Assembly: GCA_016201905.1 (NCBI GenBank)
Contig: JACQBQ010000018.1
Span: forward strand, 56,667 to 120,666
Direction: 5' to 3'
DNA: 64,000 nt
Source of the DNA: Candidatus Melainabacteria bacterium
Lineage (GTDB): Bacteria; Cyanobacteriota; Vampirovibrionia; 2-02-FULL-35-15
This document shows positions 1 through 9,546 of this stretch, piece after piece. Under the pieces are notes generated by a model. The model had not been told where the DNA came from. It worked only from the letters and a program-made list of their open reading frames with translations, and did no database searches. Position 1 is the stretch's first letter, and each line of letters opens with the position of its first letter. The translations under genes were made by a program, and so were the position numbers.

Positions 1-125
1 GCAGGCATTCCCAAACTGGTGGAATTTATTACTGCAACCTTTAGGTTTTCACTGGCCAGATGAGCAGCAGTAGAGTTACCAATAATTCCACTGCCAATTA
101 TGATTACATCGTAATTTTCTGTCAT
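1..125 (-). CDS. FAD-dependent oxidoreductase (glycine oxidase ThiO/DadA-like), 5' part, runs off the window
   Basis: Manual translation from ATG at 125: MTENYDVIIIGSGIIGNSTAAHLASENLKVAVINS, with a GxGxxG FAD-binding motif. Confidence 0.75.
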   Translation of the reverse strand, partial: MTENYDVIIIGSGIIGNSTAAHLASENLKVAVINSTSLGMP

Positions 126-230
126 GTAGTTATTTTCTCATGAAAGTTGCTGTAATGGTTTAAGAGCACGTGTGGAATGCTTCTCAAATAGTCTCACATG
201 CTTATAATTAAGCCCAAAAACTAGGCTATC

Positions 231-357
231 TAATAAAGTGAGGCTTGTTCAATTAATTTGACAAGCCGAATGTTCTTTGGAAAGGTGGCTCTGAGGAGCA
301 ACGTCACCGCCCGCCAGAGGCGAGGCTCGTCAAGGCGGCAAGAACCACCTGAGTAAT
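231..357 (+). ncRNA. Candidate structured RNA motif B, copy 1 (5' of nrdR)
   Basis: Aligns with 36862-36958. Stems GGCTTGT/ACAAGCC and AGGTGGCTCT/AGAACCACCT; invariant 18-mer GAGGAGCAACGTCACCGC; TATAAT at 203-208 upstream. Confidence 0.65.
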
Positions 358-390
358 AAGGTATAATGTTTGCTTGTGAGGAATGAATAG

Positions 391-897
391 ATGTTATGTC
401 CGTTTTGCAGTTCAGAAAATAGCCGTGTTCTTGAATCAAGAACTACTGAAGAAGGCAACAGCATCAGGAGGCGCAGAGAGTGTGAGAATCCTGCATGTAA
501 TAAAAGATTTACTACTTATGAACGAATAGAAGTGATGCCTGTTTTAGTTGTTAAGAGATCTACACAAAGAGAACCATATACCAGAGAAAAACTCAGAGCA
601 GGTATTGTCCGGGCTTGTGAAAAAACATTAATTACTGCTGAGCAGATTGATAATGTTATTGAAGATATAGAAAATGAATTGGCTAAGCAGGGAAAAAGAG
701 AAGTGAGTAGTACAGTTTTAGGTGAACTGGTTTTAAATGAGCTTAAAGATCTTGATCAGGTTGCTTATGTTAGGTTTGCTTCGGTCTATAGACAGTTTAG
801 AAGCGTTGATGATTTTATAAAAGAATTACAAGGACTACAAGCTGAAAAATCCTCTTTTAAATTTAATGATGGTGATTTCGTTTTAGCGAAAAACTGA
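391..897 (+). CDS. nrdR: Transcriptional repressor NrdR
   Basis: CPFC...SIRRRREC...RFTTYE Zn ribbon plus ATP cone, and AYVRFASVYR. Confidence 0.97.
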   Translation: MLCPFCSSENSRVLESRTTEEGNSIRRRRECENPACNKRFTTYERIEVMPVLVVKRSTQREPYTREKLRAGIVRACEKTLITAEQIDNVIEDIENELAKQGKREVSSTVLGELVLNELKDLDQVAYVRFASVYRQFRSVDDFIKELQGLQAEKSSFKFNDGDFVLAKN

Positions 898-905
898 GAA
901 TTGTT

Positions 906-1508
906 TTACTTGTGAATAATCTTTGGCTGATTAATTCTGATTTGTAATTCTTTTCCTTGTTTAGTTTTCATTTCATCCAGTATTCTGAATGCTCCAAAAC
1001 TTCCCTGACCCTGCATTTTTGCAGCGCCATATGCTGTGCAGGCTTGAAATAACATTGTTTTTGAGAGTGTTTCCAGTTTTATTTTTTTTCTTTGAAACAT
1101 CCCAAAACCAAACAAAAGGCTGCTTATAAATACCCCGATTAAATAATAGACTAGAAATGAATTAGTAAAATTAAATGGCCTTGTAAAAGCAAGTAACAAT
1201 GAAAATGTAATTAATAAAACAAATCCTAAGACCATTGGTACTGCCATTATAATTATTGATTTTTTTACGTTTTGCATTTCAGGCATTAGTGCTTCAGCTA
1301 TTTCCATAGCAATCTGAGAGGTCATTTTATCTTTTTCCATACGTTTAATTATTTCTTTTGTGTAATCAAATGAAGGATCAACTTTGTCTTTTTTTATAAA
1401 TTTGTGATAAACAGTGTTCCATGAAGAAAAGTCTTTTTTATGATCTAAGATGTATTTTTGTGCGTGATTAATATAATTGGTTGTTAATTGTTTTGATTTA
1501 TCTTCCAT
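906..1508 (-). CDS. Hypothetical membrane protein (2 TM)
   Basis: 200-aa ORF with two hydrophobic segments. Confidence 0.7.
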   Translation of the reverse strand: MEDKSKQLTTNYINHAQKYILDHKKDFSSWNTVYHKFIKKDKVDPSFDYTKEIIKRMEKDKMTSQIAMEIAEALMPEMQNVKKSIIIMAVPMVLGFVLLITFSLLLAFTRPFNFTNSFLVYYLIGVFISSLLFGFGMFQRKKIKLETLSKTMLFQACTAYGAAKMQGQGSFGAFRILDEMKTKQGKELQIRINQPKIIHK

Positions 1509-1565
1509 TTTTTTTGAAGTTCAGACAAGCTGAACTTTCCTTCTGTCAAACTCTCTCACTTGATC

Positions 1566-1594
1566 GGATTTGTCCGCCTTAGGCGGACAAATCC
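1566..1594. repeat. Perfect palindrome with a TCCGCC-TTA-GGCGGA core (REP-like; may act as a terminator)
   Basis: GGATTTGTCCGCC tta GGCGGACAAATCC, just downstream of the gpmI stop. Confidence 0.7.
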
Positions 1595-1614
1595 TTTAAG
1601 TTTAAGAAATAAAT

Positions 1615-3231
1615 TTATTTTTGATTCTTAATTACCAAAGACTCTCCTGTCATTTCTTTTGGTTTTCCTACTTCCATAATATCAAGAATAGTAGGGGCAA
1701 TATCTGCAAGACAACCACTTTGTTCTAATTTGGTATTTTTTAGAGACTTATTTATAAGTATTAATGGTACTGGGTTTAAGCTGTGAGCTGTTCTTATAGA
1801 GCCATCATTGTTTAGCATTTGATCTGCATTTCCATGATCGGCTGTAATAATTAGAGTACCATTTTTTTCTAGTGTTGCTTTATAAATTTCTCCTAGTGCT
1901 TTATCGATGACTTCTACTGCATGAATCGTAGCGCTGATAATTCCTGTATGTCCTACCATATCTGCATTTGCAAAGTTTACAACAATTAGTTCATAATTCG
2001 ATGACTTAATAGCAGAGACAGTCTTTTCGCATACCCCGAGAGCACTCATTTCTGGCTGCAAATCATATGTGCGTACATGAGGAGACGGTATCAGTACTCT
2101 TTCTTCACCCTTAAACTCTTCTTGTCTTCCCATATTAAAAAAACTTGTTACATGTCTGTATTTCTCAGTCTCTGCAATTCTAATTTGTTTTTTATTTAAG
2201 TCTGCAATAATTTCTCCAAGTGATTTCTGTCGATTTACTTCCGGCAAGTCTTTATTTGTAAAAGCAGTAGGTACTACCGGATTTGCAAACTCTTTATTGT
2301 GAAGCTTAATATCATACTCAGTAAGACATACATAACATAGGTTCTTTGGAAGAAGTCCTCTTTGAAATTCTACAAAATTGTTTTGTGTTAGAGCAGTAGT
2401 GATTTCTCTTGCTCTATCTGGTCTAAAATTAAAAAATATTACAGCATCATTATCACAGATCAAATCATCTTTACTGCCTGTAAGTGTTGGCATTATAAAC
2501 TCATCAGAATTTTCCAAGGGACAGTCTTTTTCATCGACTGATTCTTTTTTTTCTCCTCTTTTGTAAGCATTTTCAACTGCTTCTAGAGCTTGTGATGCTG
2601 TCAGCCCTGCTCCTTGTGTGATTAGATCATAGTAGCGCTTAATCCTTTGCCATCTATTGTCTCTGTCCATTGCATAGTAACGACCACATACAGTAACAAT
2701 TTTTCCTTTGCAGATTTTTATTTTCTCTTCAATTTTTTTAATCAAACTTAATGCAGATTTTGGGGGATCATCTCTCCCATCAGTAATGGCATGGAGCATA
2801 ACCTTTTCAGTTTTGTTTTTTGCTGCAAGTTCAAATAGTGCATATAAATGTCCTAAATGGCTGTGGACATCACCTTCGCTTATCAACCCCATTAAGTGTA
2901 ATTTGGAGTTAAACTTTTTAACGTGTTCAATTGCGCTTAGTAATGTTTTATTTTTAAAAAATGATCCATCTTGTATGGTTTGGCTAATCAGTGTTAATTT
3001 TTGAGTAACAACTCTTCCGCCACCAATGTTTTCGTGACCGACTTCAGAATTTCCCATTACGCCTTCCGGCAAGCCTACGGCTTTTCCGCTTGTATACAGA
3101 ATTGTATTTGGATATTCTTTAAGGAAGAAATTAAAGTTTTGCAAACTTGCCTGAGCTATTGCATTTCCATTTTTTTCACTGGAAGTTCCCCAACCGTCAA
3201 GTATTACAAGAGTAACAGGTGTATGTTTCAT
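1615..3231 (-). CDS. gpmI: 2,3-bisphosphoglycerate-independent phosphoglycerate mutase
   Basis: LVILDGWG, MGNSEVGH, GRYYAMDRD, NADMVGHTG and ITADHGN motifs. Confidence 0.97.
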   Translation of the reverse strand: MKHTPVTLVILDGWGTSSEKNGNAIAQASLQNFNFFLKEYPNTILYTSGKAVGLPEGVMGNSEVGHENIGGGRVVTQKLTLISQTIQDGSFFKNKTLLSAIEHVKKFNSKLHLMGLISEGDVHSHLGHLYALFELAAKNKTEKVMLHAITDGRDDPPKSALSLIKKIEEKIKICKGKIVTVCGRYYAMDRDNRWQRIKRYYDLITQGAGLTASQALEAVENAYKRGEKKESVDEKDCPLENSDEFIMPTLTGSKDDLICDNDAVIFFNFRPDRAREITTALTQNNFVEFQRGLLPKNLCYVCLTEYDIKLHNKEFANPVVPTAFTNKDLPEVNRQKSLGEIIADLNKKQIRIAETEKYRHVTSFFNMGRQEEFKGEERVLIPSPHVRTYDLQPEMSALGVCEKTVSAIKSSNYELIVVNFANADMVGHTGIISATIHAVEVIDKALGEIYKATLEKNGTLIITADHGNADQMLNNDGSIRTAHSLNPVPLILINKSLKNTKLEQSGCLADIAPTILDIMEVGKPKEMTGESLVIKNQK

Positions 3232-3285
3232 AAATTAATTTAAAACCTTTAATATTATAATGTAGATTCTGTTAACTTTAGAAAA

Positions 3286-3708
3286 TCATCTGCTTTTTAC
3301 AATACCAATAGCTTTAATTTGTAACCCCAATGAAGCAGCCAGGATGGCTGTTGGTACTAGGTTATAACAGTATGCTTGTACTCCTACGTTTAATAAAATT
3401 TTTTTTTCTTTATCATTTGGATGAACTCCATTTTTTAAACCAGCGACAATGACACCTTTCTTTGAACTGTAGGTATCTGTAAGTGAAACAAAATTTGGAC
3501 CTTTTAGTGGATTTATGCCGGAAAGATTTACGTGATCTTTTATTGAAAAAATCTTTTTACTTAATTTTGTTAGCGGATAAATATAATCGACTATCTTTAT
3601 TTTGTTATATTCAGATAAATTGTTTTTAGTTAGAGGTAGTCTTGAGTTTTTTTTTGTAAAGTTAACCTCAATGAGCTTTTCATTTGATTTAAGTTTGTGC
3701 TTCTTCAT
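3286..3708 (-). CDS. Small protein resembling a fragment of purine nucleoside phosphorylase
   Basis: IKDHVNLSGINPLKGPNFVSLTDTY resembles the PNP DHIN..G.NPL.G motif, but the ORF is only 140 aa. Confidence 0.5.
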   Translation of the reverse strand: MKKHKLKSNEKLIEVNFTKKNSRLPLTKNNLSEYNKIKIVDYIYPLTKLSKKIFSIKDHVNLSGINPLKGPNFVSLTDTYSSKKGVIVAGLKNGVHPNDKEKKILLNVGVQAYCYNLVPTAILAASLGLQIKAIGIVKSR

Positions 3709-3715
3709 GAATTAT

Positions 3716-4126
3716 TCAAGAAGCTTTCTTCCAGGCTTTATTGTCGATAAGAACAGCATTGCTCCAGAATCTTTCTAACTTATAGTAATCTCTTTCTCTT
3801 TCATGCATAATGTGCACTACTAAATTCCCAAAGTCTAAAACAATCCAATTGCTGTCTATGAAACCTTCTTTTGAAATCATTTGGTAATTAAACTTGGTTA
3901 GCCTTTCTTCAATATGATTTGCCAGTGCTTGTATTTGAGGAGTACTTTTTGCAGATATTATTAAAAAGTAATCTGCAACAACCGTTAACCTGCTTACATC
4001 AAGCAATAAAACCTTCTCGCCTTTTTTTTCTTCTGCAGCTTTAGCTGCTGTATATGCAAACATTAAATCATTGTTCTCTTCTTTTAAATTAATTTTTAAT
4101 CTATTGGCTTGTTTACTTCTTTTCAA
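3716..4126 (-). CDS. rsfS: Ribosome silencing factor RsfS (Iojap)
   Basis: KKGE.V..LDV, ADYFLI, WIVLDFG.LVVHIM..ER.YY.LERFW. Confidence 0.95.
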   Translation of the reverse strand: MKRSKQANRLKINLKEENNDLMFAYTAAKAAEEKKGEKVLLLDVSRLTVVADYFLIISAKSTPQIQALANHIEERLTKFNYQMISKEGFIDSNWIVLDFGNLVVHIMHERERDYYKLERFWSNAVLIDNKAWKKAS

Positions 4127-4132
4127 TATTAG

Positions 4133-5503
4133 TTAACCCTTCCTTACATTCTCTGACGTTTCTAGTTTACCAATGGATGCTAATAAAAACCAGAAGGGGA
4201 TAAATATTTGGGGCCTAAAAAAGACTGTATCTGCCATTCCATGTGTTAGTAATGCAATTAATGAAATAAATATTCCTAATGACAAAACTCCCCCCTTTTC
4301 CCAGAAGATATAATGTAACTTTAAAAATGAAGTTAAGAAAATGAGAACAAATAATAAACACCCGATAAAACCGCATTCAATAGCAAATTCTAAAAATATA
4401 TTGTAAGCGCCTAATGCATCAAAGCCACTTATCATATAAAGCCCATAAGCTAGCCTGAATGCATTATTTCCAGGTCCAATGCCAATAAGCCAGTTATCCT
4501 TTAACATCTTTAAGCAAGCCAACCATACATTAATTCTATAGCTGTTACTGCTGTGTTCTCTAAGTGTAAAAATCGTTGCAATTCTTTCTGCAAAAACCGG
4601 GAACACATAAGTTAACAAAAGGTGAAAGACTGCTAATAATACAAAAAGAATAAATAGTATACTCCCAACTTTAAGTTTACTTTTTTGATTGAATAAATAA
4701 TTTAAATAGATAGTTAAGCCAAAAAGTAAACTAGCTATTAACCCTAGATAGCCTCCTCTTGAACCTGTAAGGATTAAGCAGATTAAAATTAATAAGGTTC
4801 CTATCAAGAAAACAATTTTGTAAAAAATATTAGCTTTTAATTTAAATGGAATAACAATACCTACTGGTAAGACTAAAAGTAAATATCCTGCTAACAGATT
4901 TGGATTTCCCAGTGTTGAATAAACTCTTGTATGAATATTTTCATATGATGGATCTTCCCATGTGGCTAAAGGCTCTACACCAACAATATACTGATAGAGT
5001 CCAATCAATGCAGTTATAACTGTACAAAGAAATAAGAAACACCAAAGGTTTATGAAGGTTTTGTTTGATGAGTTAAGGATTGTGATTTTTATTACAAAAT
5101 AGGATGTAAATAAAACAATATATTTTAATAAACCCAGAAAACTTTCTTTGAAAAAATAAGAACTAAAAGTACTAATTACAGCAGTAAGTATGAAAGCTAA
5201 AATAAGAAGGTCTAGAGTATTGAAATTAATTATGGTAATGTTTCTTGAAAAGATATTTAATAAAAAGATGCAAAAACAAAAAATAATAATAAAGCCAATT
5301 CCAAAACGATCGTTTGCAAATTGTGGTAATGATAGAGAAGCAAATAAAGTACAAATTGAAATTAAAAGCATAAGAAGCAATGGCTTATTGGCTTTAAAGT
5401 AAGGTTGTATTTTAGTTGTTAAAAAAGTAAAAAATCTTCCAAGAATTGATTTTTTAATTACTTCATCTGAGTATTTGTCCAGCTTTTCTATGATTTTATT
5501 CAT
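4133..5503 (-). CDS. ictB: IctB-family / O-antigen ligase-like membrane protein
   Basis: EPLATW.DP, TRVYSTLGNPNLLAGYL, SSN.YRINVW and GIGPGN.AF motifs typical of cyanobacterial IctB. Confidence 0.85.
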   Translation of the reverse strand: MNKIIEKLDKYSDEVIKKSILGRFFTFLTTKIQPYFKANKPLLLMLLISICTLFASLSLPQFANDRFGIGFIIIFCFCIFLLNIFSRNITIINFNTLDLLILAFILTAVISTFSSYFFKESFLGLLKYIVLFTSYFVIKITILNSSNKTFINLWCFLFLCTVITALIGLYQYIVGVEPLATWEDPSYENIHTRVYSTLGNPNLLAGYLLLVLPVGIVIPFKLKANIFYKIVFLIGTLLILICLILTGSRGGYLGLIASLLFGLTIYLNYLFNQKSKLKVGSILFILFVLLAVFHLLLTYVFPVFAERIATIFTLREHSSNSYRINVWLACLKMLKDNWLIGIGPGNNAFRLAYGLYMISGFDALGAYNIFLEFAIECGFIGCLLFVLIFLTSFLKLHYIFWEKGGVLSLGIFISLIALLTHGMADTVFFRPQIFIPFWFLLASIGKLETSENVRKG

Positions 5504-6014
5504 TTAGTGGATAAACATTAATAACTTTTCCATTTAGTCTATAGTTGAAGCCTTCAAGCTCGATTTGATTGCCGGTTTTTATTTTATTTCCGCCTATAAC
5601 ATAGCCGTCATTTGTTTTTAAAGCAGTATCACTTAAGGTTACAATGTAATCTTTTGTGTTGGGTCTGGTCGGATCAGTGATGGTTTTATATGACCCGGAA
5701 AGGTTTGGAATTATTACAACTTTTGGTTTTGTCTCAACTTTAATTATGTTTAGTTTTGTGTAAGGCCTGTTTCTGATTGTAATTGCTGATTTTTCACCAA
5801 CTTTGAAAAAACTGTTTGTGCTACCTTCACTCTCAGAAGAAAATACATCAGGAAGCAACAGCTCAATTGCAATGTTCTCTTTTCCTTCTATAACTTTATT
5901 TAATGGTATTTTTTCAGCTCTGGCAAATATGTACCCTGTAATACTAAAAATTATGGCTAGAAATAGTAAAAGATCTAAAAAATTTAAACTTATTTTTGTT
6001 TTTTTTCTTTCCAT
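5496..6014 (-). CDS. DUF4330-like protein
   Basis: N-terminal TM, IRNRPY and GGNKIKTG.IELEGFNY motifs resembling the cyanobacterial family. Confidence 0.7.
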   Translation of the reverse strand: MERKKTKISLNFLDLLLFLAIIFSITGYIFARAEKIPLNKVIEGKENIAIELLLPDVFSSESEGSTNSFFKVGEKSAITIRNRPYTKLNIIKVETKPKVVIIPNLSGSYKTITDPTRPNTKDYIVTLSDTALKTNDGYVIGGNKIKTGNQIELEGFNYRLNGKVINVYPLNE

Positions 6015-6040
6015 GGCTAATATTATATTATTCTTATAGG

Positions 6041-6865
6041 GTGTTAGATGAAGGGTATCTGGATAAAGTTTATTATCGGTTCTGGAAAACCAATGAACCA
6101 GATAATGCTACAGCAAATGTATTTGCTATTCATGGGCTTGGTGGTCATAGTTTTTGGTTTGAAAATGCAGGGACTTTACTTAATAAAAACAAAATAAATC
6201 TTTTTTCCTTTGATTTGCCTGGCTTTGGCAAAAGCAAGTTTAAGCTGGAGGAGATAACTTCCTACAATGTATGGCTTAATGTTACAAGAGAAGTATTAGA
6301 AAATTTTTTACTGACATTTCAAATAAAATCCCCAGTATTTATCTTAGGTCATAGCATGGGAGCACTCTTAGCTGTTTTATTAAATAAGACTGTGAAAGCT
6401 AATGGCTGGATACTTTCAGTTCCTGGTTTTGAAGGAAATGATAAAACCTGGCCATTAAATAGCTTTGTTCTACCAGTTTTATTTAAAGCTGTATTTAACC
6501 CAAGGGAAAACTTTGCCGTTCCTTTTGGACCAGAGCTTTTAACTAAAAATGCTGAAGTACAGCTAAAGGTAAAAAAAGATCCACTCAGAGTAATTAATCT
6601 CAATGCAAGTATTTTTAGGCATGTTTACTTCTTGGCACAGAGAACAAAACGCTCTGCTAATTTGCTTAATGGTCCAGTACTTATGCTTATGTCAGGCAAA
6701 GATATGATTTGTTCAAATGCAGCTACAGAAAGGTTTTTTGATGAGATCACAGTTAGTGATAAAAGTAAGAAAATTTATACAAACTCTTTTCATGATTTGT
6801 TTATAGAGGATGAATTGGAAGAAATAGTCGATGATATTACAAAATGGATTAAAAGATTCAGCTAG
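6041..6865 (+). CDS. Alpha/beta hydrolase (lysophospholipase-like)
   Basis: HGLGGH, DLPGFG, GHSMG nucleophile, FHDL. GTG at 6041 chosen to avoid overlap with the divergent gene. Confidence 0.9.
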   Translation: MLDEGYLDKVYYRFWKTNEPDNATANVFAIHGLGGHSFWFENAGTLLNKNKINLFSFDLPGFGKSKFKLEEITSYNVWLNVTREVLENFLLTFQIKSPVFILGHSMGALLAVLLNKTVKANGWILSVPGFEGNDKTWPLNSFVLPVLFKAVFNPRENFAVPFGPELLTKNAEVQLKVKKDPLRVINLNASIFRHVYFLAQRTKRSANLLNGPVLMLMSGKDMICSNAATERFFDEITVSDKSKKIYTNSFHDLFIEDELEEIVDDITKWIKRFS

Positions 6866-7003
6866 TAAATAATAGTCAATCACTAAAAAGATGGATTTTA
6901 TTATCTTAATAGTGTTAGCCCTGACAACACTTTTAAATAGTGGGTTTTATATAAACAGACGATAATCTTTTCTTCGTCTTTTTAAGTTGACAGGGGATTA
7001 GTT

Positions 7004-7195
7004 GTGGATTTTAATACAAATAAAAAAGCTGATTTTATTAGAGAAATGCTCTTGAAAACTGTTAGCAAGAGTCCGGATCTTTTTTCTTATTTCGTTGCAA
7101 TTCAAGAAGCAAGAGAATTATTGGGACAAAAACAAGAGTGCAAAACCAATAAATTCAACAGACTTAAACCATCTAAAAGATTGGGTGATGGATAA
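7004..7195 (+). CDS. Small hypothetical protein
   Basis: 63-aa ORF with a GGGGA SD-like sequence before GTG. Confidence 0.5.
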   Translation: MDFNTNKKADFIREMLLKTVSKSPDLFSYFVAIQEARELLGQKQECKTNKFNRLKPSKRLGDG

Positions 7196-7212
7196 GCTAC
7201 AAGTTTTCAACT

Positions 7213-7767
7213 TTAGTCTTTTAAATAATCTTTGATTTCTTTAAGTCTTTCTTTTAATTCTTTTGAATTAACAATATAAGTTTTATTCATCATTTCCCAT
7301 TCCAAAAGTAACTGCTTGAAGAGTCTGTCTATCTGGTTTTGATATTCTTCATCGTTCCATCTAAAGCCGTCGTCTTTTGGTTTAAACAAGCGTGGGATGT
7401 AAATGATGTGGGAGTATTTAAGAGCTTGGGAATATGCAAGCTTGAAATATTTCTCAGATTCGAAAGTTTTTCTGGAACACCAACTCCATCTTATCCAATG
7501 AACCCAGCAGTCAATCGTAGAGCGATCAGATATAAATTGATTAAACTTTTCCTCTAATTTGATTTGCTTCTTAAGAGTTAAAGATCTGAATTTTGTAGGA
7601 TCCTTTATTTCGTAGATATTTTTGTAACCAAGTTCTTTGCATATAACTCTTGCTTGTTCAGGTATTACCTTTAAACTTAAGCTCTTTTTAATTTCATTTA
7701 ATAATGAAGTTTTGCCAACGCCTGCAGAGCCAATTATTACTATTCTTTTTAGAGATTTATTTTGCAT
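7213..7767 (-). CDS. P-loop ATPase, NadR/Ttd14 AAA-like
   Basis: GSAGVGKTS Walker A, E.AR, ISDRSTID, DDGFR. Confidence 0.8.
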   Translation of the reverse strand: MQNKSLKRIVIIGSAGVGKTSLLNEIKKSLSLKVIPEQARVICKELGYKNIYEIKDPTKFRSLTLKKQIKLEEKFNQFISDRSTIDCWVHWIRWSWCSRKTFESEKYFKLAYSQALKYSHIIYIPRLFKPKDDGFRWNDEEYQNQIDRLFKQLLLEWEMMNKTYIVNSKELKERLKEIKDYLKD

Positions 7768-7855
7768 GATTTAAGGATTAATTGTGCAGTTTAAAGCTGT
7801 CCGTGAACTACCCTTATCAAGAAGTAGCTCTTTAATGTTAAACTAAATTAGAAAA

Positions 7856-8233
7856 ATGAGGTTGGCTGACATGAAAAAAATATTTATTTTCTTGAATCTT
7901 TTGATTTTGACTGGAATCTCAATTTCCTCTTCTTTTGCACTTGATCCCAAATATACAGTTCATACTTCCAGTGCAGATATAGAATTTAAAAAGAAAAAAG
8001 TAATGGAGTGGTATGCAGGCAATGTAGATGGAAATAAGTTTTACTGGTATGATGCAAAAAAACATGTTAGCTGGTTAAAAAATAGAACTTTAAGATGGTA
8101 TAAAGCCAATATTACTGACGGAAAGTTTTACTTTGTCCATTCTGATAAAGAATTAGATTTTACAAAGAAAAAAGCACTTAGATGGTTTGAAAATAATAAT
8201 TTACTCCTAGAAAAAGCTAAAAATGATACTTGA
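7856..8233 (+). CDS. Secreted protein with about 29-aa aromatic/basic repeats
   Basis: Signal peptide (MKK...SSFA) and repeated W(Y/F)xxN units. Confidence 0.7.
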   Translation: MRLADMKKIFIFLNLLILTGISISSSFALDPKYTVHTSSADIEFKKKKVMEWYAGNVDGNKFYWYDAKKHVSWLKNRTLRWYKANITDGKFYFVHSDKELDFTKKKALRWFENNNLLLEKAKNDT

Positions 8234-8255
8234 TTTTTTATTTTATAAAGTCTAA

Positions 8256-9539
8256 ATGCCCTTTCAAATACAAGAACAGATAGTAGAAATTGATAATCCT
8301 AAGTTGTTTCAATGGATGGATGTTTACTCAGCCATTCAAAAATCAATTAAAAATTTAAAAGATAACTACATTATTAAATTAAATCTGGTTAAATCATCAA
8401 AAAGTAAATTATATTTTCATGTGGTTTATGTAGAGGATTTTATAGGTTTTATTGATGAACCATTCAAACCCAGTATTATAGAAAGCTTCAAAGATATTTC
8501 TAAAGCTGATGAAATATCATGCTTAATTATTCCTACTGGTGTAGGTGCACAGTTTGGTGGCTATGCCGGGGATGCAAATCCTTTGGCAAAAGCTTTAGCT
8601 AATAGCAGCAAATATCTTCTTACTCATCCTAATGTAGTAAATGGTGCAGTTTTAACTGATCTGCCACAAAATCTAATTTATCTTGAAGGTTTTCTCTTGG
8701 ATCAATTTTTAAGTGGCAGAATTAATTTATTGCCAAATAAACGAAACAAAATTGGAGTAATTTTTGATAGTGGTATTAATGAGAAAAGGCTTGAATATGA
8801 AATTAATGTATTGAATGCAGTAAGAGCATTTTATGGATGCAATATTTTGGCTTGGACTTTAACAGATAAACCAATGCTAATTAATCCTTCTATAAATGAG
8901 TTTGGATTTTCATCTGGCAGTATTAAAAACTTTGAATATGTAATTGAAAAAGCATTTAAGTTAAAAGAAGCAGGTGCAACTGCTATAGCTCTTTGTACAG
9001 CGATACCGGACAGTGATTCTAGTCAGGGTTATATGTGTGGCAGTGGTGTTGATCCCATTGGTGGTGTTGAATCAATAATGTCTCATATAGTATCTAGTGC
9101 ATGTGGTTTAGTATCAGCACATGGACCTGTTTTATTATCAGATGATCAGCATAAAAAAACTGATTATAAAAACATCTCGCCTTTGGCAGCTGGCGAATAT
9201 ATTGCAGAGACCTTTTTACCGTCAGTTATTTCAGGATTACGTTTTGCTCCGCAAATCACAGAGTCTCCGGATTCAAAATCTGTTAAAAATGTCTCTTCTA
9301 TAATTGTTCCATATAATGCTTTTGGCAGTGCAGGTGTATTTTACTGTAATGAAGAGTTTCAAAACGTAGTTTTAGTTAAAGAAAATAAAACTTGTTTGGA
9401 TATTTCTCCGGACGATTTAAATATAAGATTTAAAGTTGTTGATAGTTACATTGATATCACTAATTCAAGGATGCTCAGTGAATCAGGAATTGATACAGAT
9501 GCTTTAAGAAGACCAATTAAATCAATACAAAAAATTTAA
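8256..9539 (+). CDS. DUF3326 family protein
   Basis: IIPTGVGA..GGYAGDA, THPNV.NG.., GVDPIGGVE..SH motifs. Confidence 0.85.
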   Translation: MPFQIQEQIVEIDNPKLFQWMDVYSAIQKSIKNLKDNYIIKLNLVKSSKSKLYFHVVYVEDFIGFIDEPFKPSIIESFKDISKADEISCLIIPTGVGAQFGGYAGDANPLAKALANSSKYLLTHPNVVNGAVLTDLPQNLIYLEGFLLDQFLSGRINLLPNKRNKIGVIFDSGINEKRLEYEINVLNAVRAFYGCNILAWTLTDKPMLINPSINEFGFSSGSIKNFEYVIEKAFKLKEAGATAIALCTAIPDSDSSQGYMCGSGVDPIGGVESIMSHIVSSACGLVSAHGPVLLSDDQHKKTDYKNISPLAAGEYIAETFLPSVISGLRFAPQITESPDSKSVKNVSSIIVPYNAFGSAGVFYCNEEFQNVVLVKENKTCLDISPDDLNIRFKVVDSYIDITNSRMLSESGIDTDALRRPIKSIQKI

Positions 9540-9546
9540 ATTTTCT

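Noticed and set aside
275-340. Fragments resembling glycine (TGGAAAG..GGAGCAA) or SAH (GAGGAGC..AGGCTCG) riboswitches
   Set aside because: The remaining consensus (CTCAGG; GCGCTGC pseudoknot) is missing, and AGGCTCG lies in an insert absent from copy 2
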